DNA of 64,000 nucleotides from a virus: IMG/VR virus record IMGVR_UViG_3300028653_000010; one strand, 5' to 3'. Shown piece by piece: positions 1 to 9,736 of this stretch (position 1 is its first letter; each line of letters starts with the position of its first letter). The notes under the pieces were generated by a model. It saw only the letters and a program-made list of their open reading frames with translations, ran no database searches and was not told where the DNA came from. The position numbers and the translations under genes were made by a program.

Positions 1-460
1 TTACCTCAGAGACGATGGCCTTTCTGATTTGGGTTCTGGCTTCCTTCTTTGCCTTCTCAATGAAGTCGTAAGGTGGGCGTCCTGGGTGAACCCACTTTCC
101 GTCCTTCATCGACTTGATGGTCGCCGACCTGAAGATAAGTTTCCCCTCCTCAGTAATAATAGGAATAGGAGCTCGAGACTTCGTCAACCACCTCATCTGC
201 CCCTTGCGCTGCCCTCGCATCAAATAGGTAAACGCTGGGTGCTTGGAGTAGAGGGTGAGTGACGAAGGACCAACCTCGACCATGAGCGACTTTGCCAATG
301 CCTTCTTGGCACGCTCCGAGAAAGTGGACTGGACCAGCTTATCCCGTAACCTACGGAGAACACTGTATTTTACCCGATTCAGGGCATTCTCTGGGCTTAC
401 CCCCAAACCTCGAAGAAGGGGCTTACCGTAGAGTGAGGTTAGTTTGTAATCTTGTGGCAT
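1..460 (-). CDS. Partial virion morphogenesis protein (HK97 gp10-like/neck-tail completion candidate); runs off left edge
   Basis: Not in the ORF track. Hand translation from ATG at 460 is open to the window edge: MPQDYKLTSLYGK...KWVHPGRPPYDFIEKAKKEART. It starts 6 nt after the stop of 467..1816. A basic protein with a C-terminal HPG..F motif is typical of this class. Confidence 0.55.
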   Translation of the reverse strand, partial: MPQDYKLTSLYGKPLLRGLGVSPENALNRVKYSVLRRLRDKLVQSTFSERAKKALAKSLMVEVGPSSLTLYSKHPAFTYLMRGQRKGQMRWLTKSRAPIPIITEEGKLIFRSATIKSMKDGKWVHPGRPPYDFIEKAKKEARTQIRKAIVSEV

Positions 461-466
461 TTTCTA

Positions 467-1816
467 TCAGTAGTTGGAGTTTTTCCAAGCCAGTGTTCGA
501 CCTCGATACTGGCGCTCTTCTGGGATATTCGGATTGTCTGTAATCTCAGAAGAAGCTTCAAATTCAGGCCCACTCGGAGCAAACTGAGTAGCTGAAAACC
601 TAATAGGATCCCCAACCGGTACCCGATAACGAATGTCCTTCTCGTCAAAGTAGTTGATTGTGAAGTGCTGCTGTAGGATAGTACCACGATTAGTTGGTCT
701 TCTCACAGCTCCAAGGCTGTAGCGGTCACCATCAATCTTCAGAATGAAGTCTCGGTGGCTGAGAAGCGGTTGGGGGCCAGTCCATACCTCGTATGTATGG
801 ATGAGGTTCCGACCTGACTCCGCTTGAGCAACCTTCTTGTCTGAGTCATCAGGAGCGATGATGATCTCGTAAGGCCCTTCGTACCCACCAATGATCCCTG
901 TCCCATAGCACTTGAGGCAGTCACCCAATGGCTGCTTGTGAATCTGGTCGTAGCAAGGGCACTGAATCCCAACAACCTTCCGAAGGTAGACTCGGGCGCG
1001 CTCCCCACCTTGTTCGAGTATCCACCGGTTGCGCCTGATGGCCTCCCTCCAGTAGTTGTCGAGCTTTTCAATCTCGATAGTGTTAGTGGACGCCGCGTTG
1101 CCTATAGGGGTCTCAATCAGGCTATCAGGGGTAGCCTCAGACCAGTTACCTGTGACAGGGTAGCCAACTGTTGAGACTCGGTAGAATATGCGCTGGGCCA
1201 GATCAGTACGAACCAGATCCCTTGTGTACCGGTAGGTGCACGTTACTCGACTCGTGGTACTTGGAACTACAGGGATGATGTTCTTCTGAAGGGCAGTATC
1301 CATGTAGACGTTAGCGTCAATCTCAACTTCCCCTGTCTGCCCATTCACCCAGAATACGTTAGCCTCAACCCCATCGACGTATACTCGAACATCGTGCGGG
1401 TTGTTGGTCGGTAATCCTCGAGCAGCCTCGGCAACGATAGGGTAGTTTCGAGTCTTGAATACGTAACGAGGCCCGTCCATGCCAGTAGAAGCAGTCCCAA
1501 ATAAGGTGAACTGCTCAGTGACATCTTCCTCTATGATCAGCTCGTTGTCAGTCTGATCCCTCCAAAACGTTGACCCAACTGGTAGTTCAGTGATCCTTCG
1601 ATAGGGGCCAAACTCAGAGTCAAAGCTACGATAAACGTTGACCCCAAGGATTTTGAAGCGACTATTCAGAACAAGAATAGAGGGGTCATCCCATTGAAGG
1701 TTGATGACCCCCTTTACATCGCTCGACATGAACAGGTTCAACGGCGGAGCGGGCCAAGGAATCTTGGTCAGCTCCGTAAGTCCCGGCGTCCTGTCACGAT
1801 TGCTCACATCCGCCAT
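467..1816 (-). CDS. Putative head-closure/neck protein with FN3-like N-terminus and Cys motif
   Basis: 449 aa. The N-terminal PLNL...LQWDDP...GVNVYRS...FWRD is fibronectin-III-like. Carries CPC..CLKCYGTG. Located among structural genes. Confidence 0.5.
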   Translation of the reverse strand: MADVSNRDRTPGLTELTKIPWPAPPLNLFMSSDVKGVINLQWDDPSILVLNSRFKILGVNVYRSFDSEFGPYRRITELPVGSTFWRDQTDNELIIEEDVTEQFTLFGTASTGMDGPRYVFKTRNYPIVAEAARGLPTNNPHDVRVYVDGVEANVFWVNGQTGEVEIDANVYMDTALQKNIIPVVPSTTSRVTCTYRYTRDLVRTDLAQRIFYRVSTVGYPVTGNWSEATPDSLIETPIGNAASTNTIEIEKLDNYWREAIRRNRWILEQGGERARVYLRKVVGIQCPCYDQIHKQPLGDCLKCYGTGIIGGYEGPYEIIIAPDDSDKKVAQAESGRNLIHTYEVWTGPQPLLSHRDFILKIDGDRYSLGAVRRPTNRGTILQQHFTINYFDEKDIRYRVPVGDPIRFSATQFAPSGPEFEASSEITDNPNIPEERQYRGRTLAWKNSNY

Positions 1817-1874
1817 GTTGAGTAGTCCTCACTTGAGGCTACCAATAAGGGGAAGTTTGAGTACCACTACCCAC

Positions 1875-2213
1875 TCAGTCTGCAGACGGTGCAGCCCCTC
1901 TTTGGGCTGCCTTAATGTTATCCAACTCATCCTGAGTGAGGGCCCTGATCTGTCCAGTCTCTGCATCAATAGAAACCCTTTGACTCGGGGACAGGCCACG
2001 CTCAATGAGTATTCTTTCGAACAACTTCTGGCGCTCGTTGTCGAGAGCGCTAACAGAACGAATCAACTTAACCCTCTCTAGTTCAAGATCCATCAAGCGC
2101 TCACTAACTCGAAGGCGTGATTCTTGAATGACTACGAATCTAGCCCTGGATTCAGCATCAACTGGATCATCAATGGTTAGTCGCCTATGCTCTGGTTCAA
2201 TCTGGGTATCCAT
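1875..2213 (-). CDS. Hypothetical coiled-coil protein
   Basis: 112 aa with a GGGAGA RBS upstream; helical and charged. Confidence 0.6.
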   Translation of the reverse strand: MDTQIEPEHRRLTIDDPVDAESRARFVVIQESRLRVSERLMDLELERVKLIRSVSALDNERQKLFERILIERGLSPSQRVSIDAETGQIRALTQDELDNIKAAQRGAAPSAD

Positions 2214-2257
2214 CTGAATATCTCCCTAAACGGTAATAGCCACTTCTAATAAGTAGA

Positions 2258-2473
2258 CTAGTCAGGGCATCCTGCGCACCCACTACGAATGATGTAGGAA
2301 AGGGAGGGTCCACTGTTTGGGATCAAGTGAAGAACCCCATTGGCGAACCTAAGTCTGACCAGCCTAGCCCCTCTCAGCTTGAGCTTCTCAGTCCCTTCAT
2401 TGACTGCAGTCAAGCATTTACCGAAGTCATCCGGTAATAGCACCTCATTGCAATCAAACGGGACTGGGAACAC
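2258..2473 (-). CDS. Small hypothetical protein
   Basis: 71 aa, GTG start; fills the gap between neighbouring genes. Confidence 0.4.
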   Translation of the reverse strand: MFPVPFDCNEVLLPDDFGKCLTAVNEGTEKLKLRGARLVRLRFANGVLHLIPNSGPSLSYIIRSGCAGCPD

Positions 2474-2497
2474 GAGTAGCTATACACCAATAGTAGG

Positions 2498-3388
2498 TTA
2501 GGTACCCATGAACTTGGAAGGGGCTAGGACTCCCCTACCAACATAGGGTCCGAAAGAACTTCGAATACCAGCCCCGTACTTTGGTTGCTGCAAGCCCTTG
2601 ACGTATTTCACAGTTAGCTTGGCGCGCTCAAGTTGCTTGTCGAATTGGTCTGCAGCCCCCTGCTTCAAGGACTCGTACTTGCTAGATTTGTCCAGGTTGA
2701 GGCTGACTCCACCGATGGAGTAGTCAAACTCATCAGCAATCCAATTAGCTTGTAGAGCATTGACCGCCCAGATCTCTGCTCCTACTAAGAGGAGAGTCCT
2801 CCACTCCGGACGGCTTTGCATCATGTGGTCCAGACTATTGAAGGGGGTTCGAGGCGGAGCCGCAATAATCATGTCCAAAGCGAACTCCAAGAACTGTACA
2901 AGCTCCTCATCCTCCCAAATATACCCGAAGACCTTACTGAATTGATCTATGGTCTCCTCGTGTGCAGGGGGGCGGAATTTATAGTTACGATCCGGATTCG
3001 CATCTCGAAGCATGAGTCGCAACTTGTGCAAGAGATCGATTTGAGCCGTTGAGAAGAAATTCGGTGTCGCCACTTCCCGATCTTGGATATTGAACTCTTG
3101 GACCACAGACTGGACGGGACCACCAACCACCTCACGCATAGCCCATCGAACTCGGTAGTCACCAATATTGGCATCGATGGGGACCACCAAGCTGACGAAG
3201 TACTCACCTACGGATGAGTTGACTGGTATCCTCCTTTGAGGACCCACGAGCACTTCTTGGCCTGTTGTATTGTCGTAGATGGCGTAGGTAATCTCAGCCG
3301 CATTGATCTGGTGACCCGAGGAGTTAGTCAAGAAAATATTCAGGTCGCTCCGACCCAACTGCTGGCCTCTTAGGAACGAAGTAGCCAT
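2498..3388 (-). CDS. Putative head-tail adaptor/neck protein with N-terminal Ig-like domain
   Basis: 296 aa. The C-terminal helical region with LRLMLRD and DYSIGGVSLNLDKSSKY resembles adaptor proteins. The N-terminal domain is beta-rich. Confidence 0.55.
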   Translation of the reverse strand: MATSFLRGQQLGRSDLNIFLTNSSGHQINAAEITYAIYDNTTGQEVLVGPQRRIPVNSSVGEYFVSLVVPIDANIGDYRVRWAMREVVGGPVQSVVQEFNIQDREVATPNFFSTAQIDLLHKLRLMLRDANPDRNYKFRPPAHEETIDQFSKVFGYIWEDEELVQFLEFALDMIIAAPPRTPFNSLDHMMQSRPEWRTLLLVGAEIWAVNALQANWIADEFDYSIGGVSLNLDKSSKYESLKQGAADQFDKQLERAKLTVKYVKGLQQPKYGAGIRSSFGPYVGRGVLAPSKFMGT

Positions 3389-3391
3389 AGG

Positions 3392-3880
3392 TCACCACCC
3401 TCTGGAGTTCGCACAACCACAGGGGTTGGGCTTGCAGCACCACCGACAAGATGGCCGAATCCCTGGAGTATTACACCCGCTTGGCCTACCCGCCATTCCC
3501 ACTCCAGGTGGGAAGTATGCAGCGGTATCGAAGACCTCGAACCCAAACTGCTCCTCCAAGAGAGGACCCTGCAGGTACTCTTGAACTACCCAACGTGCAA
3601 ACCACTGTCCTGGTTGCCCACACTCCCCTGCGCATCCGGTAGCATAGTACTCACCTGGAGCCGCTTGAACTGGGGTCTTATGGCACACACCAACGACTAC
3701 GGGATGGCGAGGGACCGCAGGGCGGTCATGGTAGTGCTTGTGAGCCTGGTACAGAAGGCTGTACTTGACGCTATGGGGGTCAAATGGGTTCCCAGCAGTG
3801 TCGGTGATGTAGATTGGCAGATCCCCGCGCTGGAACAAATGGCCCCACTTGAACACACCTGGACTGGATCTAACTATCAT
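3392..3880 (-). CDS. Ig-like virion protein with Cys-rich tail; paralogue of the 2498..3388 N-terminus
   Basis: 162 aa. RGDLPIYITD...GEYYA...W aligns with RSDLNIFLTN...GEYFV...W. Confidence 0.55.
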   Translation of the reverse strand: MIVRSSPGVFKWGHLFQRGDLPIYITDTAGNPFDPHSVKYSLLYQAHKHYHDRPAVPRHPVVVGVCHKTPVQAAPGEYYATGCAGECGQPGQWFARWVVQEYLQGPLLEEQFGFEVFDTAAYFPPGVGMAGRPSGCNTPGIRPSCRWCCKPNPCGCANSRGW

Positions 3881-3926
3881 CCTTAACTACCGGTCCGACA
3901 AATGAAACCTTCAGGTCGCCGCCGGA

Positions 3927-4454
3927 CTACCTCTTGATGAAGGAAGTACGGATACCCGAGGATACTGGAATAAACGTAGGCAAAGCTGCATCGTAAGATA
4001 ACGACACTGCCTGGTCATGCGCCGGATAGGTAAGAAGAATCCTCCACGACCCAATCACATTGGGGAAGAACCTAATCGTGTAGAACCCAGTCAGAAACTC
4101 TGTCCAATACACCTGACCTGCAGTGACCTGAATGTCTTGGACAGCGGAACCACTCACAAGAGGCCATTCAACTTGAGAGCCATTGAAGAATAGCTTCAGG
4201 TTCAAGTCCCCTATGGTAACCCCTTGCGCGCGGGTCTTCCCATCAGTCACGAATAGATCGATCTGGTCGAGTACAAGCTTGCTGACGCTAACGTTCCTAC
4301 TTGCTGGTTGGTACCTGATCGGAGACTGAACCCCAAGGCTGACTGTAGGGGTGGCTGAAATACTAGATAAACCAACCAGGTGTGCGCGAGCAGCATATCT
4401 CACAGATGCATGAGAGACTAAACCAGAGTTACCTTGAAGATCAATATCAGTCAT
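3927..4454 (-). CDS. Hypothetical beta-rich virion protein
   Basis: 175 aa; GFYTIRFFP..GSWRI is an Ig-like pattern. Confidence 0.5.
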   Translation of the reverse strand: MTDIDLQGNSGLVSHASVRYAARAHLVGLSSISATPTVSLGVQSPIRYQPASRNVSVSKLVLDQIDLFVTDGKTRAQGVTIGDLNLKLFFNGSQVEWPLVSGSAVQDIQVTAGQVYWTEFLTGFYTIRFFPNVIGSWRILLTYPAHDQAVSLSYDAALPTFIPVSSGIRTSFIKR

Positions 4455-4492
4455 GGGTCACCCTCGGAATCACCCCGTAGGGTACTCAATTA

Positions 4493-4903
4493 TTAGCTCT
4501 CGCTGGCGACTACTGCATTAACAGCGAAAGAAACCTGATCACCTATACCGACGATCTTGGGGACCGCCAGAGTACCTTGGTAGAGGATGGTAGCAGAAGG
4601 AGACCCACCATTTTGGGCATCCACGATACCAGCCCAACCAACGGTACCCCAAGCGTTAATAGCAACAGCAAATGTTATTGCCGCAGAATTACTAACGCTA
4701 CCACCGGCGATTGTACCCCAGGTCACAGGCTGGCGCACATACTCGGCCGGGGTTACCTCTCCAGTAAAGATACCAGCCGAGGTGGGATCCGACGTGAAGA
4801 GTGCAAGGTATACTGTAGCGGGCCAAGCATAGGCGAACTGAGCATTGTTCTTCAGAACCCTATCGAGGACCGAGTTTGCCAACGAGGTGGTCTTTGCAGC
4901 CAT
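4493..4903 (-). CDS. Phage tail/virion structural protein (YLALFT..P / Y.RQ.VTW / WGTV family)
   Basis: 136 aa. VYLALFTSDPT, YVRQPVTW, SNSAAITF, WGTVGWAGIVDA and GDQVSF match a widespread small phage tail-associated family. Confidence 0.7.
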   Translation of the reverse strand: MAAKTTSLANSVLDRVLKNNAQFAYAWPATVYLALFTSDPTSAGIFTGEVTPAEYVRQPVTWGTIAGGSVSNSAAITFAVAINAWGTVGWAGIVDAQNGGSPSATILYQGTLAVPKIVGIGDQVSFAVNAVVASES

Positions 4904-5006
4904 TTCGATGTCTCCTAACCATTACCCTAGGACAAGTGATTTCTGACCTGCTACCAACAGAAGCATCAATAGATTGTTGGCGGGTAAGGGGTCTCAGTCG
5001 AATGAC

Positions 5007-5267
5007 TCAAGAAGCCGTCATGTGGCAAATGCTCTTCAGAGACTTGATGTTATTCGCGTAGGGTTGGGCTGATACCTTGGCGGTATTGTTGAACCAACCT
5101 ACTTTCAACTCCTCGATGTTTGCTATCGAAGTATCGAAGACGAAGAACATGCGGTTACCAGACTCTCGGTCTGTACGCTTCAGAGGGACCCCCGCGGTTT
5201 GCAAGTAGGCAGCGAAGTATAAGTCCGCGGTCCGAAATTCCTTAGTACCATTCTCTTTAGCTGACAT
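5007..5267 (-). CDS. DUF5659-like small phage protein
   Basis: 86 aa; FRTADLYFAAYLQTAG...FFVFD pattern. Confidence 0.6.
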   Translation of the reverse strand: MSAKENGTKEFRTADLYFAAYLQTAGVPLKRTDRESGNRMFFVFDTSIANIEELKVGWFNNTAKVSAQPYANNIKSLKSICHMTAS

Positions 5268-5340
5268 TTATTCCTCATTTGGGATCTGAGTTTTTCTATC
5301 TGATCTGAATATGAATTTGGATTTGGATTTACATCTAAGC

Positions 5341-5362
5341 AGGCCCGACTTGCGCCGGGCCT
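5341..5362 (-). other. GC-rich RNA hairpin with GCAA tetraloop
   Basis: Minus strand AGGCCCGGC-GCAA-GTCGGGCCT, with no U-tract after it. Confidence 0.55.
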
Positions 5363-5384
5363 GAAGGGGGACTCACACGAACTG

Positions 5385-6197
5385 TTACAGAGCAAACTTG
5401 TTGGATAGCATGTCGTTCACCTGGACTAGAACCCAGGTTTTGCCGGTAACGGGAACCGTAGTAACTGTAGAGGTAGCGGCAATGAGTGACGCTGGAACTA
5501 CAATCGAGGTGTCCGAGACAGTTCCACCAGCAGCTAGAATCTGAGCTTGAGTGATTCGTCGGGCTCCATTTCCGATGATGATCACAGTGGGCTCATAGAG
5601 GCCGTACCCAGCCAAGCCACCGGAGGCACCAGTAACCGTCAGAGTACCCGAAAGGGTGAGTCCAGTGATGGTCGGGGTTAGGACCGTAAAGGCCGACGTC
5701 GTGGTCGATAGGTGGTTAACATCCTGAACCACTTTGATAGCTTGGCCAGACGTCGCTGGGGGGTGATTGAGATCACCTCTCGAGTCTGGGTTGAAGCTTG
5801 GTGATAGGTAACCATGAAGGCAACCAGCCAACACGCTCTTCTTGACGGCATCCGTCTCCACGAAGTGGTAGCCGAGCATATTCTGAAGAGCTTCTACCTG
5901 TGCATCAGATGCCCCAGATAGCCCAGAGACTGTCTTGATGTGGGTAGCCGAGATGTCCACAGCGGGAACTGAACCACCACCGGCGTATCCAGGAACTGTG
6001 GCCGTAATCAGAGCGGCAGCAGTAGCCACAAGGCTTTGAGCGTTCAAGTACTTTTGAATGTTGGCCGCATTCGGCCGCGATACATACTTGGATTGCCCCT
6101 TAGGGGACTCCGTCGTCGGGTTGGTCTGAGAGATCGGTTCGACGTCCGAAATGAAAAGAGGGTTCTTGAGATCGCTTCGGATAACAACTAGAAACAT
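5385..6197 (-). CDS. Ala/Thr/Gly-rich virion structural protein
   Basis: 270 aa with AGGAGG RBS; C-terminal IPT/Ig-like strands. Confidence 0.6.
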   Translation of the reverse strand: MFLVVIRSDLKNPLFISDVEPISQTNPTTESPKGQSKYVSRPNAANIQKYLNAQSLVATAAALITATVPGYAGGGSVPAVDISATHIKTVSGLSGASDAQVEALQNMLGYHFVETDAVKKSVLAGCLHGYLSPSFNPDSRGDLNHPPATSGQAIKVVQDVNHLSTTTSAFTVLTPTITGLTLSGTLTVTGASGGLAGYGLYEPTVIIIGNGARRITQAQILAAGGTVSDTSIVVPASLIAATSTVTTVPVTGKTWVLVQVNDMLSNKFAL

Positions 6198-6212
6198 TGA
6201 GTCCTCCTGAAC

Positions 6213-6575
6213 TTAGACCGGCTGCAAATGGCCACGAGCTTGATCAATCTTGAGGTAGCGAAGAATGTTGCCGTATACTGTGTAGAAACTTGCTACCGCT
6301 TGACCAAAAGCAAGCTGATTAGCCAAGCGAACATACTTTGCTCGTCGAAGGATGAACTCAAGTTGTCGCACACTCTTCAAATAAAAACTGGACCGCTCAA
6401 GAGTCTTGAACTCTTCTTCGGAGGCTTTCACGAGAGCGTATCGATGGTTCATATCCTTGACTAGAGTTTGAGTTTGAAGTGGTAAGAACAGATGTTGGGG
6501 GCGCCAAACGTTGTCAATTCGCTGGAAGGCTCCTGTTTCCTGATCCAGGATTTTGACTAGGTTAGGCGTCCCCAC
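6213..6575 (-). CDS. Hypothetical protein
   Basis: 120 aa, GTG start; fills the gap between two structural genes. Confidence 0.55.
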   Translation of the reverse strand: MGTPNLVKILDQETGAFQRIDNVWRPQHLFLPLQTQTLVKDMNHRYALVKASEEEFKTLERSSFYLKSVRQLEFILRRAKYVRLANQLAFGQAVASFYTVYGNILRYLKIDQARGHLQPV

Positions 6576-6589
6576 TTGCTACTCGCACG

Positions 6590-7501
6590 TTAGCTTACTG
6601 CAACTGCTACAGCGAGAGTTTGGTTGTCAGCAGTAACCTTGACTGAACTAGTTACAGCTGCAACGCTGGCTAGGTTAGTCACTGAGATTGTGATCTTAGT
6701 CGCGCTAATTGAAGCAAAGCTAGCTTGCTTCAATGTCTCAGCACCAGTACCAGTGATGATAACTGAGGAGACGTCCGGAGCCAACGAGGTTAGGTTGGTA
6801 CCCGTGATGACCAACTCAAGGACGTAGCTCCCTGTGTCCGAGTCAACACCAGCAGCATTGGCGAAGGTGATCTGAGTATTGCCAAGCCTACTAGCAATAG
6901 TGAATGTACCGTTGTTTCCAGCGTTGGAAGCACCAGAGATCTTGATCTTCTTACCTACATCGGCAGCAGTAAATGTTGCAGCTGCATCGGTCAGAGTCAC
7001 TGTACCAGCTGCGAAAGCAATCCCAGATCCAGTACCACGTCGAAGAACCGCCGAGGAGACCGTCGGAGCTGCCACATCAGCCGCGGTGAACGATGTCACC
7101 GTGATGAGCGGATAGGCCGCATTGGAAGCTACCGTCTTAGCTAGACCAGCAATAACCCCGTGGTCTTGACTAAGCAACACCCTGTCCGAGGTGTTGATGT
7201 CAATGTACCCAGCCACTGTCGTGTCGTGAGTACCATCGGGGAGCAACTTATACTTCGGAATGTAACACTTCTGCTTGGGGTAGTTCACTCCAGGCTGGGT
7301 GCTCTTGTCGCGCCCACCCAAAGAGCTACCATCCCTTTGGTAGTTCGCCGGGGCTAGAATCCCGCCCACGACTGACGCTGGGCTACCGGATACCTTCTCC
7401 CTGGCTACTCCACGTCGGGCGGACTTGTTTGGAAGCCCGTCATCAATATCATTGATGAGGATAGATCCTGAAATGGTCTGGTTATGAATGAGCCTCAACA
7501 T
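6590..7501 (-). CDS. Ala/Thr-rich virion structural protein (fibre/decoration-like)
   Basis: 303 aa with GAGGAG RBS. Contains a VTLTDAAATFTAADVGKKIKISGA..NNGTFTI beta module common in phage fibre and sheath proteins. Confidence 0.6.
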   Translation of the reverse strand: MLRLIHNQTISGSILINDIDDGLPNKSARRGVAREKVSGSPASVVGGILAPANYQRDGSSLGGRDKSTQPGVNYPKQKCYIPKYKLLPDGTHDTTVAGYIDINTSDRVLLSQDHGVIAGLAKTVASNAAYPLITVTSFTAADVAAPTVSSAVLRRGTGSGIAFAAGTVTLTDAAATFTAADVGKKIKISGASNAGNNGTFTIASRLGNTQITFANAAGVDSDTGSYVLELVITGTNLTSLAPDVSSVIITGTGAETLKQASFASISATKITISVTNLASVAAVTSSVKVTADNQTLAVAVAVS

Positions 7502-7544
7502 CTAACAGCTCCTCGCTAGTGAGTGGACAGGGTTCAATGAGATA

Positions 7545-7558
7545 GGGCCTATAAGGAG
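7545..7558 (-). promoter_or_regulatory. Candidate late promoter motif CTCCTTATAGGCCC
   Basis: Exact 14-nt copy at 12946-12959; both copies lie ~45 nt upstream of start codons. Confidence 0.5.
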
Positions 7559-7813
7559 ATCAACGAGGACCAACTTGAAGGCTTCCTTGTACCCTAGTTT
7601 GGTCATGCATTCGATACTACCTATAGGTACAATACCCAACGAGTATTCCTGGTCCGAGTATCGATAAACCATAGAACTTAAACAGTGACTTCCTGGACCA
7701 TGCTACTAGCGTGCTCGTTGACAGTCGTAACCGGACGGCATCTTGCAGTACCCCCCGCCAGGAGTTCCCCATTGAACTAATAGGGTATGAACCCCAGCAG
7801 CTAAACCTGTTTT

Positions 7814-8470
7814 TCAGCGTGGATTTGCGTAGGTGAATTGGGCAGAGAATGCAACCGTCCCACCAGAACCTCGAACCCAGACAGAGGACACAATCCCATC
7901 GAAGCCGACGCTCTCTTGACTTGAAGCTTGCCCAGGTACAACGATCTCAGGCCCACCTTCTTGGAAAGCCACATATAGAGGGAGCGTGGTGCTCAGATTC
8001 CGAACCCGAAAGTTGGACATCTGCCGAGGCAGATCGATACGTAGAGAGTCTGCGATGGTTGACCCACTAGGCGCGGTCGCATTGAATCCAGATTGCTCGT
8101 TGCCTACATACGGAGGCAGAACCAAAGTAGCCGCACTAGGGGCTGGACTACTCATATCAGCCCCAGCTGAGTTCACGTATACCAACTTCAGCCAAAAGAA
8201 AGCCGAGTCAGGAAGCCCATAATTGGATGGCTTCATGAGAATTTGTACGTTGTTACCAGGTTGTATTGGGTTTTGAGCACCCGCAACAGATGGATCAACC
8301 AGACCGAGATTGGTAACAGTCACTACTGCGGTAGGTGATGTAAAACCAGGCTCTGTAGCTGTGTAAAGGCGGTACTTAACAACACCAGTTGAAACAGAGT
8401 CCAATAAAGGCGTTGTGAAGTGAAAGAAGCCCGGCTTGCGTCGTAGGATTGAGAAGAGGCGTCCGCTCAT
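7814..8470 (-). CDS. Hypothetical beta-rich virion protein
   Basis: 218 aa; ATGA overlap with the upstream gene. Confidence 0.6.
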   Translation of the reverse strand: MSGRLFSILRRKPGFFHFTTPLLDSVSTGVVKYRLYTATEPGFTSPTAVVTVTNLGLVDPSVAGAQNPIQPGNNVQILMKPSNYGLPDSAFFWLKLVYVNSAGADMSSPAPSAATLVLPPYVGNEQSGFNATAPSGSTIADSLRIDLPRQMSNFRVRNLSTTLPLYVAFQEGGPEIVVPGQASSQESVGFDGIVSSVWVRGSGGTVAFSAQFTYANPR

Positions 8471-8883
8471 GATGTCACCACCTGTGGGCTTTTGACAAGA
8501 GGATCATAAGTCGACGCAGAGGCATCACCCTTTTCCTTTCGAGCTAGTTCTTGAGCCTCTCTCCAGGTACCAGTCTCTTCACCATTGTAGTTGGGTTGAA
8601 GACTAGCTTTGAACACATGGTCCTTCTCTTTCTTAGCAACCTCTTCACGCCTCTTCTTGCGATAAGCGTTCTCTTTGATGGACTTCGTTGTCCAACCCCC
8701 TGATTCACCCTCTTTTAGGACAAATCCAAGGTTGCCAGGAGCAAAACCGATCTTGGCTTCAAGGCCACAATTTTTGCAGGTGAGTTTCCTGGTACCTGCT
8801 TGTACCTCGTCGTACGCTGTATAGGAGAGTCGTTGGTCCCTAGTAGTTCCACATTCGAGACACTCTACTTGGTAAGTCGGCAT
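8467..8883 (-). CDS. FmdB-like zinc-ribbon protein
   Basis: Start reassigned to MPTYQVECLECG (ATG 8883, GAGG RBS); a second CKNCG follows. Confidence 0.7.
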   Translation of the reverse strand: MPTYQVECLECGTTRDQRLSYTAYDEVQAGTRKLTCKNCGLEAKIGFAPGNLGFVLKEGESGGWTTKSIKENAYRKKRREEVAKKEKDHVFKASLQPNYNGEETGTWREAQELARKEKGDASASTYDPLVKSPQVVTS

Positions 8884-8905
8884 ACTTCCTCGATACCGTA
8901 TACAC

Positions 8906-9736
8906 CTACTTGCTCTTTTTCTTGACTGGGATGGACCACCCACGAACCTTAGTCATCACTGCTGCAACATGTTTACAAACTCTGTTGTTTCGAGCAGGAT
9001 CTTTGATGTTAGGCGTTGAAGCAGTACCCACTGGTTTTCCATCGAGGTACTTCTCACCCTTGGCGTGATACTCGGATCCCAACCATCTCCAAGCCTTGCA
9101 CGAGCATGAAAAGTTGACATCCATCTTGGCGAGGGCAATCATATTGCCCTTACGAACCGCCTTGAGTCTGACCATCTTTGGTCCGTTGCCACAGTCAACC
9201 GAGAAGATCCATCTGAGGTTTGGTACGTCGGTCCTCTTGGTAGTCGCTACACAGGAAGTCGCCCTCTCATTGACCTTCGGGTTCAACCCCTGTTCAATCT
9301 CGGAGAGCTTGGAAGCTACTCGTACTGGAGCCTCGAGAGATACTGGAACCTCATGCGCGCACCTGAGCAACCAGAGCTGGGCTACATTTTCAACTATTGA
9401 AGCGTTATGCCGATGAGGGATACCATCTCGATAAGGGTACCGAGTGATTGAGTCATCATCCACATGAGGTCCCGGGCGCCGATAGGTTGGTCTGGCCTGT
9501 GAGTGATCAATCTCGTCTTGCTTGTTCTGATCCTTCAACAGGTCGTCAGCGTCGTCAACCTTGTACATCGAGCTATCCTCGACATCTGGCTTACGCTCAC
9601 CCTCATCATCTGGCTTCGCGAAGGTAGCTGACCCTGGGATGTCAGAATCCAAACCGACGCCCTTCTGAGACGGACCTGTCCCAGGCAGCCCTGACTCTGC
9701 TATTGGAGACCACAAGGTTGTGCTATCCTTGTTCAT
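8906..9736 (-). CDS. SWIM-type zinc-finger protein with acidic N-terminus
   Basis: CSC...VCKHVAAV is a SWIM-like CxC-xn-CxH motif. Confidence 0.6.
   Translation of the reverse strand: MNKDSTTLWSPIAESGLPGTGPSQKGVGLDSDIPGSATFAKPDDEGERKPDVEDSSMYKVDDADDLLKDQNKQDEIDHSQARPTYRRPGPHVDDDSITRYPYRDGIPHRHNASIVENVAQLWLLRCAHEVPVSLEAPVRVASKLSEIEQGLNPKVNERATSCVATTKRTDVPNLRWIFSVDCGNGPKMVRLKAVRKGNMIALAKMDVNFSCSCKAWRWLGSEYHAKGEKYLDGKPVGTASTPNIKDPARNNRVCKHVAAVMTKVRGWSIPVKKKSK

Noticed and set aside
7502-7813. ~310-nt gap that might hold a small gene or ncRNA
   Set aside because: Only ~50-codon frames without a clear RBS or motif, and no convincing structure; left unannotated apart from the promoter-like motif.
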